A stretch of DNA of 64,000 bases from an uncultured candidatus Porisulfidus sp. (GTDB lineage Bacteria; Pseudomonadota; Gammaproteobacteria; Poriferisulfidales; Poriferisulfidaceae): contig OZ220480.1 of the NCBI GenBank assembly GCA_965116025.1, positions 398,415-462,414 on the forward strand, in the 5' to 3' direction. Below, in pieces: positions 1 to 9,600 of the stretch. The position numbers and the translations under genes are program-made. Position 1 is the first letter of the stretch; every line of letters begins with the position of its first letter. A model generated the notes under the pieces. It was given only the letters and a program-made list of their open reading frames with translations. It did not search any database and had not been told where the DNA came from.

Positions 1-320
1 CGGAGATTCTCGAGGCCAAGGGAACAAAGGAGATGGAGGAGGGCTGCCTGTCGGTCCCGGAGTTCCGGGCGCTGGTGCGACGCGCCGAGAGAATTCGTTG
101 CCGAGCCCTGAACGAGAACGGCGAGGAGATCGAGATTGAGGCGGACGGCCTGCTCGCCGTGTGCATCCAGCACGAGATCGACCATCTCGACGGAAAACTG
201 TTCGTCGACTATCTTTCCCCACACAAACGCGAGCGGATCGCCGAACGCCTCCGGAAAATGGCCCGAACCGGGCGGATCCCGAGACGAACCCGGCGCCCAG
301 AGTCCTACGTTCACGCCTGA
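1..320 (+). CDS. def: peptide deformylase, C-terminal part (gene starts upstream of the window)
   Basis: The frame of ORF 33..320 is open back to the window start. It contains the EGCLSVPE and QHEIDHLDG metal-binding motifs of Def. Stop TGA at 318-320, and fmt follows immediately. Confidence 0.9.
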   Translation, partial: EILEAKGTKEMEEGCLSVPEFRALVRRAERIRCRALNENGEEIEIEADGLLAVCIQHEIDHLDGKLFVDYLSPHKRERIAERLRKMARTGRIPRRTRRPESYVHA

Positions 321-330
321 CTCCGAAGGC

Positions 331-1272
331 GTGGAGCCTCTGCGACTAATTTTCGCTGGCAGCGGGCTCTTCGGCGCCTTGACGCTGGAGCGGCTACGGG
401 CCAGCCCCCACGCCGTCCAGGCGGTCCTGTCGCGACCGGACCGGCCCGCGGGCCGCGGGTTGCGGTCACGGTCCACTCCAGTCGCGGAAGCCGCTCGAGC
501 GGCGGAGCTGCCATTGCTGCGCCCCGACGCGCTGGACGCGCCGGCGCGCGACGAGCTCGCGTCCCTCCGTGCGGATGTGATGGTGGTCGCGGATTTCGGG
601 CGACTGATTCCGGAATCCTGGCTCTGGCTATGCCCGGGCGGCAGCTTGAACGTTCACGCCTCCCTGCTACCCCGGTGGCGCGGAGCGGCTCCGATCGCGC
701 GCGCGATCGAGGCCCGCGACCCCATCTTCGGATGCACCGTCATGCTGATGGACTCGGGGCTTGATACCGGGGATATCCTGACCCAAGAGTCCCTCCCGCT
801 CGCGCCCGACGAGACCACGGCCTCAGCGCGATCCCGTCTCGCCTCGCTAGGCGCGGACCTTCTGGCGCGGTATCTGTCCGATTTCGACCCGAAGCATCCG
901 ACTCGCCAACCGCAGGACGAAGCGCGGGCCTGCCATGCGCCCGCGCTCCGCAAGAGCGAGGCTTCGGTCATCTGGTCGGAATCGGCGCGCCGCGTCGCCG
1001 CCAAAATCCAGGCGTTCAACCCTCACCCCGTCGCCACCACGCGATACGGCGACGAGACCTTGCGACTGTGGCGGGCGCGGGCGAGCGCGTCGCCCGCTGA
1101 CGATCCACCAGGAACGGCGCTACGCTGCGACCACGATGGCCTGTGGGTCTCGTGCGGAGAGGGGCAGGTCGCTATCGCCGAGCTGCAACGCCCGGGCGGG
1201 CGAAGAATGTCGGCGCGGGATTTCTGCAACGCCCGTCCTATGACGGGGGCATTGCTGGGATGCCACGCTTAA
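331..1272 (+). CDS. fmt: methionyl-tRNA formyltransferase
   Basis: GTG at 331 lies in the frame of ORF 136..1272, just after the def stop. The product reads IFAGSG...LNVHASLLPRWRGAAPIARAIEA, typical of Fmt, and is about 313 aa. def-fmt synteny supports the call. Confidence 0.9.
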   Translation: MEPLRLIFAGSGLFGALTLERLRASPHAVQAVLSRPDRPAGRGLRSRSTPVAEAARAAELPLLRPDALDAPARDELASLRADVMVVADFGRLIPESWLWLCPGGSLNVHASLLPRWRGAAPIARAIEARDPIFGCTVMLMDSGLDTGDILTQESLPLAPDETTASARSRLASLGADLLARYLSDFDPKHPTRQPQDEARACHAPALRKSEASVIWSESARRVAAKIQAFNPHPVATTRYGDETLRLWRARASASPADDPPGTALRCDHDGLWVSCGEGQVAIAELQRPGGRRMSARDFCNARPMTGALLGCHA

Positions 1273-1280
1273 CGGCGCGC

Positions 1281-1304
1281 GGCCCCGGCTTGAACGCCGG
1301 GGCC
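1281..1304. terminator. GC-rich hairpin between the convergent genes fmt and autotransporter 1
   Basis: A 9-bp stem GGCCCCGGC / GCCGGGGCC with a 6-nt loop (TTGAAC) sits between the fmt stop (1272) and the autotransporter stop (1320). There is no T-run, as is common in high-GC genomes. Confidence 0.45.
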
Positions 1305-1319
1305 ACGATCACAAGCCGG

Positions 1320-4300
1320 TCAGAAGCGAACCTTCAGCAGGACGCTCGCGCCGTAATCGTGATTGTCGCCATCCGACGCCGCGTAGTACGCGTCCGCCGA
1401 GAGCGTCGACTCCCCCTGCGCGTCCAGCGTCATCACGCCCCCGACGCCCAATCGCGCCCACGTCGACTCCACTTCCGAGCGCAGCCGCGCTCCCGACGCC
1501 ATCACCTCCCGGCTCTCCGAGAGATCGCGTTCCAAATCCAGAGAAGCGTACGTCTGGCCATTCTCCAATAACGCCCCGATCCGCGCCCTCACGCTGTCCT
1601 CCGAGCGAAACGACACCCGACCGCTCCCAGTAACCCCCGACACGTCGGCGAAGCCATCAACGTCCACCCAAATCCACGTCAATCCCCCGCGCGGAACCAG
1701 CGCGAAGCCGTCCATCTCCAGTCGCCTGCCAACCTCCACGCCGATCGCGTGACCCTCTCCGTCCAGACCGGACGCCACCATCCCGCGCGCCTCCGAACTC
1801 AAGTCGACGTCCTTGAAACGCGTGTACGAGAACTCCCCGTCCGCGTACCAGCCGTCCTCTCCCCGCCAGGTCGCCGAAGCCCCAACACCAACGCCCGAGA
1901 CCTCGATCTTCCCGCCGCGCGCGACGTCCGCCTCGCCATCACGGTAGTGCGCGCTCACCCCCAGCATAAGCCCCGGCGCGTCCGTGGGAACGACGAAGCC
2001 CGTCTCCACGCCCCAGCGCTCGAAGTCCCAAGACAGCGCGCGACCCGCATCGTCCATCTCGGTCGTGGACATATCCGCCTCCCGCTCGCCGTCGCTCGCC
2101 AACACCCGCGCCCACGCGCGCCCACCATCTCGCGTCGCCGACAAGCGCGCCTGGCGACCGCCCGGAGCGCTCATCTCCAGCAGCACCGACGGCAACGCCT
2201 CGTACACCCGAGCCCGGGCGTGGTACGTCCGACTGATCTCCTTCTCGGAGTCCACCTGGAACTGGTGCCCGCCCGTGATCGACTTCAGCGTGACCATCCG
2301 CTCGAACACCGCGTCGTACACCCCATGCGTCCCCGTCTTCCCCGACGTCGCCTTCACCGCGTCCCCCACGGCTATCGTCTTCGCCATGCCGGCCGTCGAC
2401 TCGCGCTGGAAGACGTTCGGCGTTTTATCGCCACTATTCAGGAATTTCCCCTTGACGAACGCGATCTGCCCATGCGCGTTCTCCTTCAGGGTGACATGCA
2501 GCGCCTTGTCCGCGCTCACCGCGATCCCCGACGTCGCGCCAATCTCCGCCTTCGGCCCGATCACCAGCGTCCCGCCGTTCACCATCCGAACGCCGGCGTG
2601 CTCGCCGGCGCCGCCCATCACCTTGCCGTTGATCGTGACCGTCTGGTCGTATTGCCCTTTCCGGGCGTGGTCGGACGCGAAGGTCCGCATCCCCTTGACA
2701 TGCACCCCGTCCTTCTTGGCCCGGATCGTCGCCATCTCCCCCACCGTGACCGTGATCTTCCCGGCCGTGGGCGCTTCCATTTCCGTGTAGGCAGTGGCGG
2801 TCTCCGCGTAGACTCCGTATCCATCAGCCATGATCACACCGCCCGACACATCGATCATGATTGGGATGATCATCTTTCGAGCGTCACCATCATCCGAATC
2901 GTCCAGGTCTTTCACGTAGGCCAGAATGCCGTCGCCCCTCGACATGATGTCCGCCTTCGACATGATCTTGATCTCCCCGATCTCGGTGGTGTAGGTCTCG
3001 GGGTTCCCCTCATCGAGCTCCTTGCCGGGAAGTGGCTGGGACTCCGCGCCCCCATGGATGGCGAGAATGCCGGCGGTCCGATCCTTCAGGTCCGCCAGCT
3101 TCGTCTGGTGATCCGCCGAGAGCGAGGAGGAGGAGAATACGTCGGACAGGTCGCCCGCGGTGATCTTCCCCGCCAAATGCTTCACGTCCACCTCGCCCCA
3201 ACCGGTATGCAACGCGAAGACCCCGGAGCCTTTCGCGTGGATGAGGCCCTCGTTGGTAATCATGACGGGGATCTCGTTGTCCGAGGATATGGTCTCGGCG
3301 AACACGCCATGCCCGCCGACTGGAGCGCCGGCGGTCCCGATCCGCGCTCCCTCGGAGACGGTCACCCGAATCGTTCCCCCGTGGGTCTGGTGGAGGGCGT
3401 ACACGCCATGTCGACCCACGGTCGGCTCGTCTCCTTCCATACCGATCCGCGCCCCCGACTTCAGCGTCACCTCAATGTCTCGGTTGATGTCGCCGCGCTG
3501 GCTGTCGTCGTGCGTCGTGCCCCGGTAAACGTAGATCCCGTCCCCGCCAGTTCCCGTCGAAGCGATCTCGCCCGCGAGATCCACCTTGACCAGACCACCG
3601 TTGTGGCCAGCGGAATTAACGTAAATTCCGTCTCCCACGATCTCCGTGTTCCGCCCGCCCGCCGTGATGACGCCCCCCGTCACGTCGACCGTCACCGGAA
3701 CCACGGAATCGGAGTCCCCTTGCGTAGTGACGGAGATGCCATAAGTGCGGGCCCAAATATCTCCGCTCGAGGTGATCATGATCGTGCCGCTAGGAACCTC
3801 GGCGGCGCCCATGGTCGTGTCCCTATGATCAACGGTTATACCATTTTCGTGGATAAACGCGTTATCGGCTAAATCCAGCGTGGCCTCATCGCCCGAGAGC
3901 GTTCGCGGGTAGAGAGGCCATTGCCTCTTGCTGACAAGCGTCCCGTGGTTCGTGACGGTGATGTCGCCCCCCTTGAAGAGGTTGACTAGAATGCCCTTGC
4001 TGGTCACGCTGCCCTTCGCCGTCTCGATGGCGACGTCTCCAGACCCCTCGTTGTACACGTAGATTCCTCGGTAATATCCGTAAATCTCGCCCCGGTTCAT
4101 GATCGAGACGTCGCCCTCGGCGGACGCGTTTCTGTAATACGCGAACACCCCATAAAGCCCCACCGGAATCTCCTCAGTGCCGATCCGCGCCTCGGCCCCG
4201 ACCGTGATCTCGATCTTGTCCGCCCTGTTGGTTTTGGAGGCTTTCTTGTTCCAGACGGTGATCCCGTAGTTCCTGTTGCCCCGCTGATACTGGGGATCAA

Positions 4301-4834
4301 TGAACGTCCCACTGAGCCGCTGGCCATTCTCCGTGTACATGGCCGTGGTGGGCGGAGTCCAACCGCCCGCCTCGTTCACGATCCTCACCTTGCCTTCCAG
4401 ATTCACCGTCAGCGCCCCGTCGCCGACCACCGCGACCCCGGGATTCCGGCCTTGGGTGGGACTGTCGGCAGAAGTGGGAGTATTGCGAGGAAGGAACGAC
4501 TTGATGGTCGTCATCTCCCCGGAAGGCTTCACGGTCAGCGTCAAGCCGCCTGTCTGACCCGTGTACTCGATAGGATTGGGAGTGGCGCTGGTGCCGCCGT
4601 AGGTCGAGGCGGCGCAGGTGACCGTTTTGGTGGCGCCGACATCGCCGCACTGGTTCGCCTTGGCGGAATGCGGAATCAGTGGGATCGAGAGAGCGGCCGT
4701 CAGCCCGGCCAGAGCGATCAGGAAACGAGGGCTATGCCCCCCCCCCCCCCCCCCCCCCCCCCTACGCGGGAAGACGACGAGGCGACGCGACGCGCGGCGC
4801 GCACGGTATCAGAAAAATGCGGGTTGACTCTCAT
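1320..4834 (-). CDS. autotransporter (type Va) copy 1: repetitive beta-helix passenger plus C-terminal beta-barrel; reading frame interrupted at a poly-G tract in this assembly
   Basis: The ORF track gives 1320..4544 (TTG start), and the C terminus ...DYGASVLLKVRF has a terminal aromatic residue, which is typical of an autotransporter barrel. The frame stays open upstream of 4544 and encodes a classical signal peptide, HSPRFLIALAGLTAALSIPLIPHSA/KA, but has no start codon. An ATG at 4834 with an SD-like AGGA opens a leader MRVNPHFSDTVRAARRVASSSSRV that runs into 26 G (4762..4737). This leader is 1 nt out of frame with the signal peptide. Confidence 0.8.
4737..4762 (-). repeat. homopolymeric tract, 26 G on the coding strand (C on the plus strand), inside the 5' coding region of autotransporter 1
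   Basis: Counted directly as plus-strand C 4737..4762. With 26 G the ATG frame terminates as ...RVGGGGGGGGGIALVS*. With 27 or 24 G the leader fuses in frame to the signal peptide. Confidence 0.9.
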
Positions 4835-4870
4835 TGAGAAATCCTGATGGCGATGAATGATTGGAGCGGA

Positions 4871-5209
4871 TTATACCCAAAACCCACGCGCCCAAAAATC
4901 CTCACCGGATGGCCAGAGACCGATTCCATCCGAGCAGATCAGGTTTTCGAGGGCATGATTTGGCCCGTACTCTCTAAAGATCGGGACTTCCCACGCTTGC
5001 CCGGGTCGCGCCTCGTCAATCGCTGTTCGGATATCTTCAATCTTATGCCGCGCCCATGCCATGCCGTAGCCATCAGCACGATGATTTCCACCCTTCTTCC
5101 AGCCAAATTTCGCTGATACCGTATATTTTTCCGTGGCCACTATGACCTGATACTCGCCGTCTTCGGCTTTTTGCATCAGCTCCCCATTCTCAAGCGATTC
5201 CCAACCCAT
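4871..5209 (-). CDS. hypothetical protein (112 aa) directly upstream of, and co-oriented with, autotransporter 1; lower GC (about 52%)
   Basis: The ORF has protein-like composition. It ends 36 bp before the autotransporter ATG. I recognise no family. Its GC is clearly below the surrounding DNA. Confidence 0.5.
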   Translation of the reverse strand: MGWESLENGELMQKAEDGEYQVIVATEKYTVSAKFGWKKGGNHRADGYGMAWARHKIEDIRTAIDEARPGQAWEVPIFREYGPNHALENLICSDGIGLWPSGEDFWARGFWV

Positions 5210-5285
5210 CTCCGCGGATCCGTCTACGGAATATCCTGTCAGATGTCCGCGAGGTGCACTGGAACCCCATGGATCGAACAGGACT

Positions 5286-5699
5286 TTACTGCTTCATGAT
5301 TGCATTGAGGGACTCGATTTCGCGCTTGAGCGCCGCGGTCATTTGCCATGGCTTGACCTCGGGCTACCACTCCAAAAACTCTTTCACGGAAGCACCGCTC
5401 TCGAGGTTCTTGAAGAGCGCGCAAACAGGCGCCCTGGTTCCCGTGAAGGACAAGGCTCCGCTAATCTTGCGGGAATTGCGTTCCACCGCGGAACATGTCG
5501 TCCAGTCGGCTATTTCTTCATCTCTTGCCAGTTCGCGACCGGTCTTTGGCCAAGCGCGCCACTTTCCTCCCGTTTCGCCTCGAAAGCGGACGGATTCCGC
5601 GGGGATAGACTTCGCAAGTAATTGATTTTTCAACGTTCTCTTTTTTCGAGGTCCGATGCGGCAAATACGATAAAGACGAGAGCGCAACCCTCGCGCCAA
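5286..5699 (-). pseudogene. DUF433-like gene interrupted by an in-frame TAG
   Basis: ORF 5364..5699 ends ...ISGALSFTGTRAPVCALFKNLESGASVKEFLEW, matching the DUF433 core (GTRIPV...G.S.EEIL). The same frame continues after the TAG at 5364-5366 as PEVKPWQMTAALKREIESLNAIMKQ, resembling the usual FP.LT.E.I.AAL tail, and stops at 5286. Confidence 0.35.
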
Positions 5700-5963
5700 G
5701 AGACTCGTTCGTAAGACTATGTTTATACTAGAATTTTAATACGCTACAATACCTGCCCGGATCACGAGAACCCTCATGCGCGCGCTCAGGCCTTCGCTGT
5801 CGCTCTCGAGCGCGTCGCAACGCGTCGATCCCATCCGCGAGACCAGCCGAATCGCCCGATTCGGCCATCGGGAGCGCCAAGACTTCCTAGGCTTGACCGA
5901 AGCCTTGGCGCGTCTCAGTTGGTTGTCGAAAGACCTTGATCGATACCAGGGCGAGGCCCTCCG

Positions 5964-8189
5964 ATGGTTCCTGCCCTGAGGTGGTTCCTGGCCGGCCCCT
6001 GGCCGGTCCTCGGGATCTTCTTGCTGCTGGCCGGGTCGCTGGCGATCATGGCCGAGGCGACCCAAAGTTCCGGGCATTTCCATCGCTGGCAGTGGTGGGT
6101 GGCCGGTTTCAACGGCGCGCTGGCCCTGGCGCTTCTGGCGCTGATCGGGCTCAGCCTTTCCGGCTTGATCCGCAGGCTGCGCCTGCGCGAGGCCGGCTCG
6201 CGCCTATCGTTGCGCATGACGGCCATGTTCGCCGGCTTCACGCTGATCCCGACCGCGATGGTGTTCGGCTTCTCGGTCTGGCTGATCTCCAGCGGAATCG
6301 ACAGCTGGTTCGACGTGGGAGTCGACGATACCTTGGGCAAGGCGATGGAGTTGAGCCGAACGTCCATCGACATGCAGATGCGGGAGCGCCGCGGCCAGGT
6401 GGAGCGTCTGTTGCGAGAGCCAGCGGACGTGGGCGACCCCGAGACCATGGTCGTGCGCATGAACGACCTGGTGGTCCAGACCGGGGCGCTGGAGGCGACC
6501 CTGCTGGATTCCAGCAATAAGATCGTCGCCTCCCAAGGAGAGGTTCCGGACATTCTTCCAGACCTGCCAGGCGAGGCCCAGCTCCAGCTGTTGCGGGAAA
6601 GCGGCGTTTACATGGCGCAGGAAGAGCACCCGGAGCACGGCCCCATCGTCCGCGTCCTGGTTCAGGTCCCGTCGCTGGTCCAGGAACTGCCTCTGGCCAC
6701 CGAGGATTCGCCATTGTCCCTGAGTCGGGAAATGCCCCTGATGAACCAGGAGTTGCCCCTGACGCTGCAAATCCTGTACCCGGTGTCCGAATACATGCTG
6801 GGCCTGACCGACAGCGTCGAGAAGGCGTCCGACACGTATCGGTTGCTTCTGGAGCTTCGGGGCCCCCTGAAATACAACCTCACCTTCGCGATGTCCCTGG
6901 CGGTCCTGCTGGGACTGCTGTTCGCGATATGGGCGGCCCTTTATTCCGCGCAACGCATCCTCTCCCCGATCGCGGAACTCTCGCGAGGCATCGAGGCCGT
7001 GGCGGCGGGCGAGTACAGCCAGCGTCTTCCGGCCGGGCGGCGCGACGAGCTCGGCCAGATGACGCGCTCTTACAACGGCATGATCGAGCGCCTGGCCAAC
7101 GCCCGGTACGTGGCGGAGACCCGCCGCCTGCTGATCGAGCGCCAGCACGCCTACCTGCATACGGTGCTGGAGCATCTGTCTTCCGGAGTCATCAGCGTCA
7201 ATGATCGCGGCGAGGTGGTCACCGTCAACCACGCCGTTAGCTCGATTCTGGAACTGGAGATCGGGCGATACCTCAAGAAGCCCCTCGGTCTCCCGCGCCA
7301 GGAGCATCCCCGGCTGGAGCCGCTGTGGGATTTGATGGACCGCCAACAGCATAGCGACGACGACCTCGGGGAGCAAGTGCAGATCGACGACGAGCTCAAG
7401 ATTCTGCATTGCCATGGCGCGCGACTGCCGAACGAGGCCGGCTACATAGTGGTGTTTGAGGACATCACGGACCTGCGGCAGGCGCAGCGGCAGGCGGCCT
7501 GGGGCGAGGTGGCCCGGCGAATGGCGCACGAGATCAAGAATCCGCTGACCCCCATCCGCCTCTCGGCCGAACGAATGCGGAGCCGCCTCCAGCCGCTCCT
7601 CGCCGCGAAAGACTCCGAGATCCTGCTGCGCTCCACGCGAACCATCGTGCGCCAGGTGGAATCGATGAATACCATGATCGACGAGTTTCGCGAGCATGCC
7701 GCCGCGCGCTTCACGCCCGAGAGGATGGATCTGAACGCTTTGAGCAGGGAGGTCCTCGATCTGTACATGAGCGACCGCGCGCGAATCTCCATCCACGCCG
7801 ATCTGAGCCACGCCCCGGCCTGGATCCGGGGCGACCCGGACCGAATGCGCCAGTTGCTGCATAACCTGATCAAGAACGCCCGGGAAGCGCAGGAGCGGCA
7901 GGCTAAAGGGTCGATCATCCTGAGCACCCGAGCGCGAAAGGGCGTGGTGACGCTGAAGGTGCGCGACTCCGGCCCCGGCTTCGCGCCAGAAATCCTCGGC
8001 CGGGCTCTGGAGCCGTACGTCACCACCAAGACCAGCGGGCATGGCCTGGGGCTCGCCGTCGTGTTCCGCGTCACGGAAGATCATCAAGGACGGATTCGCG
8101 TATACAATGACCCGGACGGAGGCGGGTGCGTGGAAATCGAGTTCGACGCGGCATCGCGGGAAGATCTGAGCCAGACGAGTCTCTTCTGA
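5964..8189 (+). CDS. ntrY: NtrY-like sensor histidine kinase (N-terminal transmembrane block, HAMP, PAS, HisKA, HATPase)
   Basis: 741 aa. It has several N-terminal hydrophobic segments, the H-box HEIKNPLTPIRLSAERM, and a C-terminal G-box (GHGLGLAVV). It is followed by an NtrX-like regulator and trkA, as in the conserved fmt-(rsmB)-ntrY-ntrX-trkA neighbourhood. Confidence 0.8.
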   Translation: MVPALRWFLAGPWPVLGIFLLLAGSLAIMAEATQSSGHFHRWQWWVAGFNGALALALLALIGLSLSGLIRRLRLREAGSRLSLRMTAMFAGFTLIPTAMVFGFSVWLISSGIDSWFDVGVDDTLGKAMELSRTSIDMQMRERRGQVERLLREPADVGDPETMVVRMNDLVVQTGALEATLLDSSNKIVASQGEVPDILPDLPGEAQLQLLRESGVYMAQEEHPEHGPIVRVLVQVPSLVQELPLATEDSPLSLSREMPLMNQELPLTLQILYPVSEYMLGLTDSVEKASDTYRLLLELRGPLKYNLTFAMSLAVLLGLLFAIWAALYSAQRILSPIAELSRGIEAVAAGEYSQRLPAGRRDELGQMTRSYNGMIERLANARYVAETRRLLIERQHAYLHTVLEHLSSGVISVNDRGEVVTVNHAVSSILELEIGRYLKKPLGLPRQEHPRLEPLWDLMDRQQHSDDDLGEQVQIDDELKILHCHGARLPNEAGYIVVFEDITDLRQAQRQAAWGEVARRMAHEIKNPLTPIRLSAERMRSRLQPLLAAKDSEILLRSTRTIVRQVESMNTMIDEFREHAAARFTPERMDLNALSREVLDLYMSDRARISIHADLSHAPAWIRGDPDRMRQLLHNLIKNAREAQERQAKGSIILSTRARKGVVTLKVRDSGPGFAPEILGRALEPYVTTKTSGHGLGLAVVFRVTEDHQGRIRVYNDPDGGGCVEIEFDAASREDLSQTSLF

Positions 8190-8223
8190 TGACGAGACGT
8201 GAGCCTGAGAGAGAGATGGCGGC

Positions 8224-9573
8224 ATGAATCGGGAATCCATCCTGATCGTCGATGACGAATCCGACATTCGGACCCAAATCCAGGATATCCTTTCCGACCA
8301 GGGCTATCAGGTCCTGCAGGCCCCCTCCGCCGCCGTCGCCCGGGAGACCGCGAGGCGACAGTCGGTGGACCTGGCGTTGCTGGATATCTGGATGCCGGGC
8401 GAGGACGGGATGAGCCTGCTACGGTCCTGGCTCCACGACGACAGCCTGGAGTTCCCGATTCTCATGATGTCCGGACACGGCAACGTCGAGACCGCGCTGG
8501 AGGCCACCCGGCTCGGGGCCTGGCATTATCTGGAGAAGCCCTTCGCGATGGACAAGCTGCTGCTAAGCGTCGCGCGGGCTCTGGAGACCCACCGGCTTCG
8601 CCGACAAAACCAGAACCTGTTCGAGGACACGGCGGCCGCGGAGCGGCTCATCGGCGACAGCCCAGAGATCCGCCGCTTGCGAGAACGGGCGAAAGCGCTT
8701 GGCAACAGCGGGGATCCGGCCCTGATCCTGGGCGAGCCCGGCAGCGAGTTCCTGGCGCTCGCCAACTACATCCACCACAACGGCGCCCGCCACCACTGGC
8801 AGGTCGTCGTCGCCAGCGGGCAGAATCTGGATCAGGGACTGTTCGAGAGGTCGCTGGGCCACGACGCCCCCCTGCTGCTCGAGGCGCATGGCGGCACCCT
8901 GCTGATCGATCCGCTGGACCAATTGGCGATCACGACTCAGCGGCGCCTGCTCTCCGTGCTCGAGAACCGCCACCTCCTGCTGGAGGACGGCACGGCCACC
9001 CCCATCGACGCGCAACTCCTCGCCACCCTGCACCAGAGGCCCGAGACGGCCTTGGCGGCGAAGACGCTGGACCCCGCCCTGTACGCCCGGCTGGCGCCTC
9101 ACACACTGACCCTCCCGCCATTGCGCGAGCGCGCCCAGGACATCCCGCAACTGGTCGAGCATTACACCACCCGCTATTGCGCGCGGGACAACCTTAGCAT
9201 GCGAAGCTTTCCGCCCGACGTGCTGGAATTGCTGCGCCAGCACGACTGGCCGGACAACGCCCACGAGTTGCGCCGCGTCGTCTATCAGCTGCTGATCAGC
9301 GGCGAGGAGAGCGAGATCAGCCGGGAGCGAACCCGGAGCCTGCTGCGCCCGGCCCCATCCGACGACGCTCTCCCCAAAGAGATGGAGGATCTGGTGGATC
9401 TGCCCTATCGAGAGGCCCGCGCGCGGTTCGAGCGGATGTACTACCAATTCCAGATCGAGCGCTGCGGTGGCAGTATCAGCCGCCTGTCCGCCAGCACCAG
9501 CATGGAGCGCACCTATCTGTATCGGAAACTGCGTAGCCTCGGTATCGAGCGGCCAGGGGACTCCTCTTCCTGA
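8224..9573 (+). CDS. ntrX: NtrX-like response regulator (REC, degenerate sigma-54 interaction domain, Fis-type HTH)
   Basis: The receiver reads LIVDDESDIR...LDIWMPGEDG. The central AAA+ region has a degenerate Walker A (GEPGSEF rather than GESGTGKE). The C-terminal HTH reads ERTYLYRKLRSLGI. Confidence 0.75.
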   Translation: MNRESILIVDDESDIRTQIQDILSDQGYQVLQAPSAAVARETARRQSVDLALLDIWMPGEDGMSLLRSWLHDDSLEFPILMMSGHGNVETALEATRLGAWHYLEKPFAMDKLLLSVARALETHRLRRQNQNLFEDTAAAERLIGDSPEIRRLRERAKALGNSGDPALILGEPGSEFLALANYIHHNGARHHWQVVVASGQNLDQGLFERSLGHDAPLLLEAHGGTLLIDPLDQLAITTQRRLLSVLENRHLLLEDGTATPIDAQLLATLHQRPETALAAKTLDPALYARLAPHTLTLPPLRERAQDIPQLVEHYTTRYCARDNLSMRSFPPDVLELLRQHDWPDNAHELRRVVYQLLISGEESEISRERTRSLLRPAPSDDALPKEMEDLVDLPYREARARFERMYYQFQIERCGGSISRLSASTSMERTYLYRKLRSLGIERPGDSSS

Positions 9574-9600
9574 GCGGGAACTGACCCTCTCTCCCGACAC

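Noticed and set aside
1749-3872. 707-aa plus-strand ORF (and 1984..2790) inside autotransporter 1
   Set aside because: It is antisense to the autotransporter passenger repeats and has an Arg/His/Pro-rich low-complexity translation. The same artefact appears opposite copy 2 (16133..18622).
4452-4847. Plus-strand ORFs encoding poly-proline (MPPPPPPPPPT...) across the C tract, and the equivalent ORFs at 18725..19414 and 19068..19376
   Set aside because: The poly-Pro is simply the plus-strand reading of the homopolymer. These ORFs are antisense to the autotransporter 5' ends and have non-protein-like composition.
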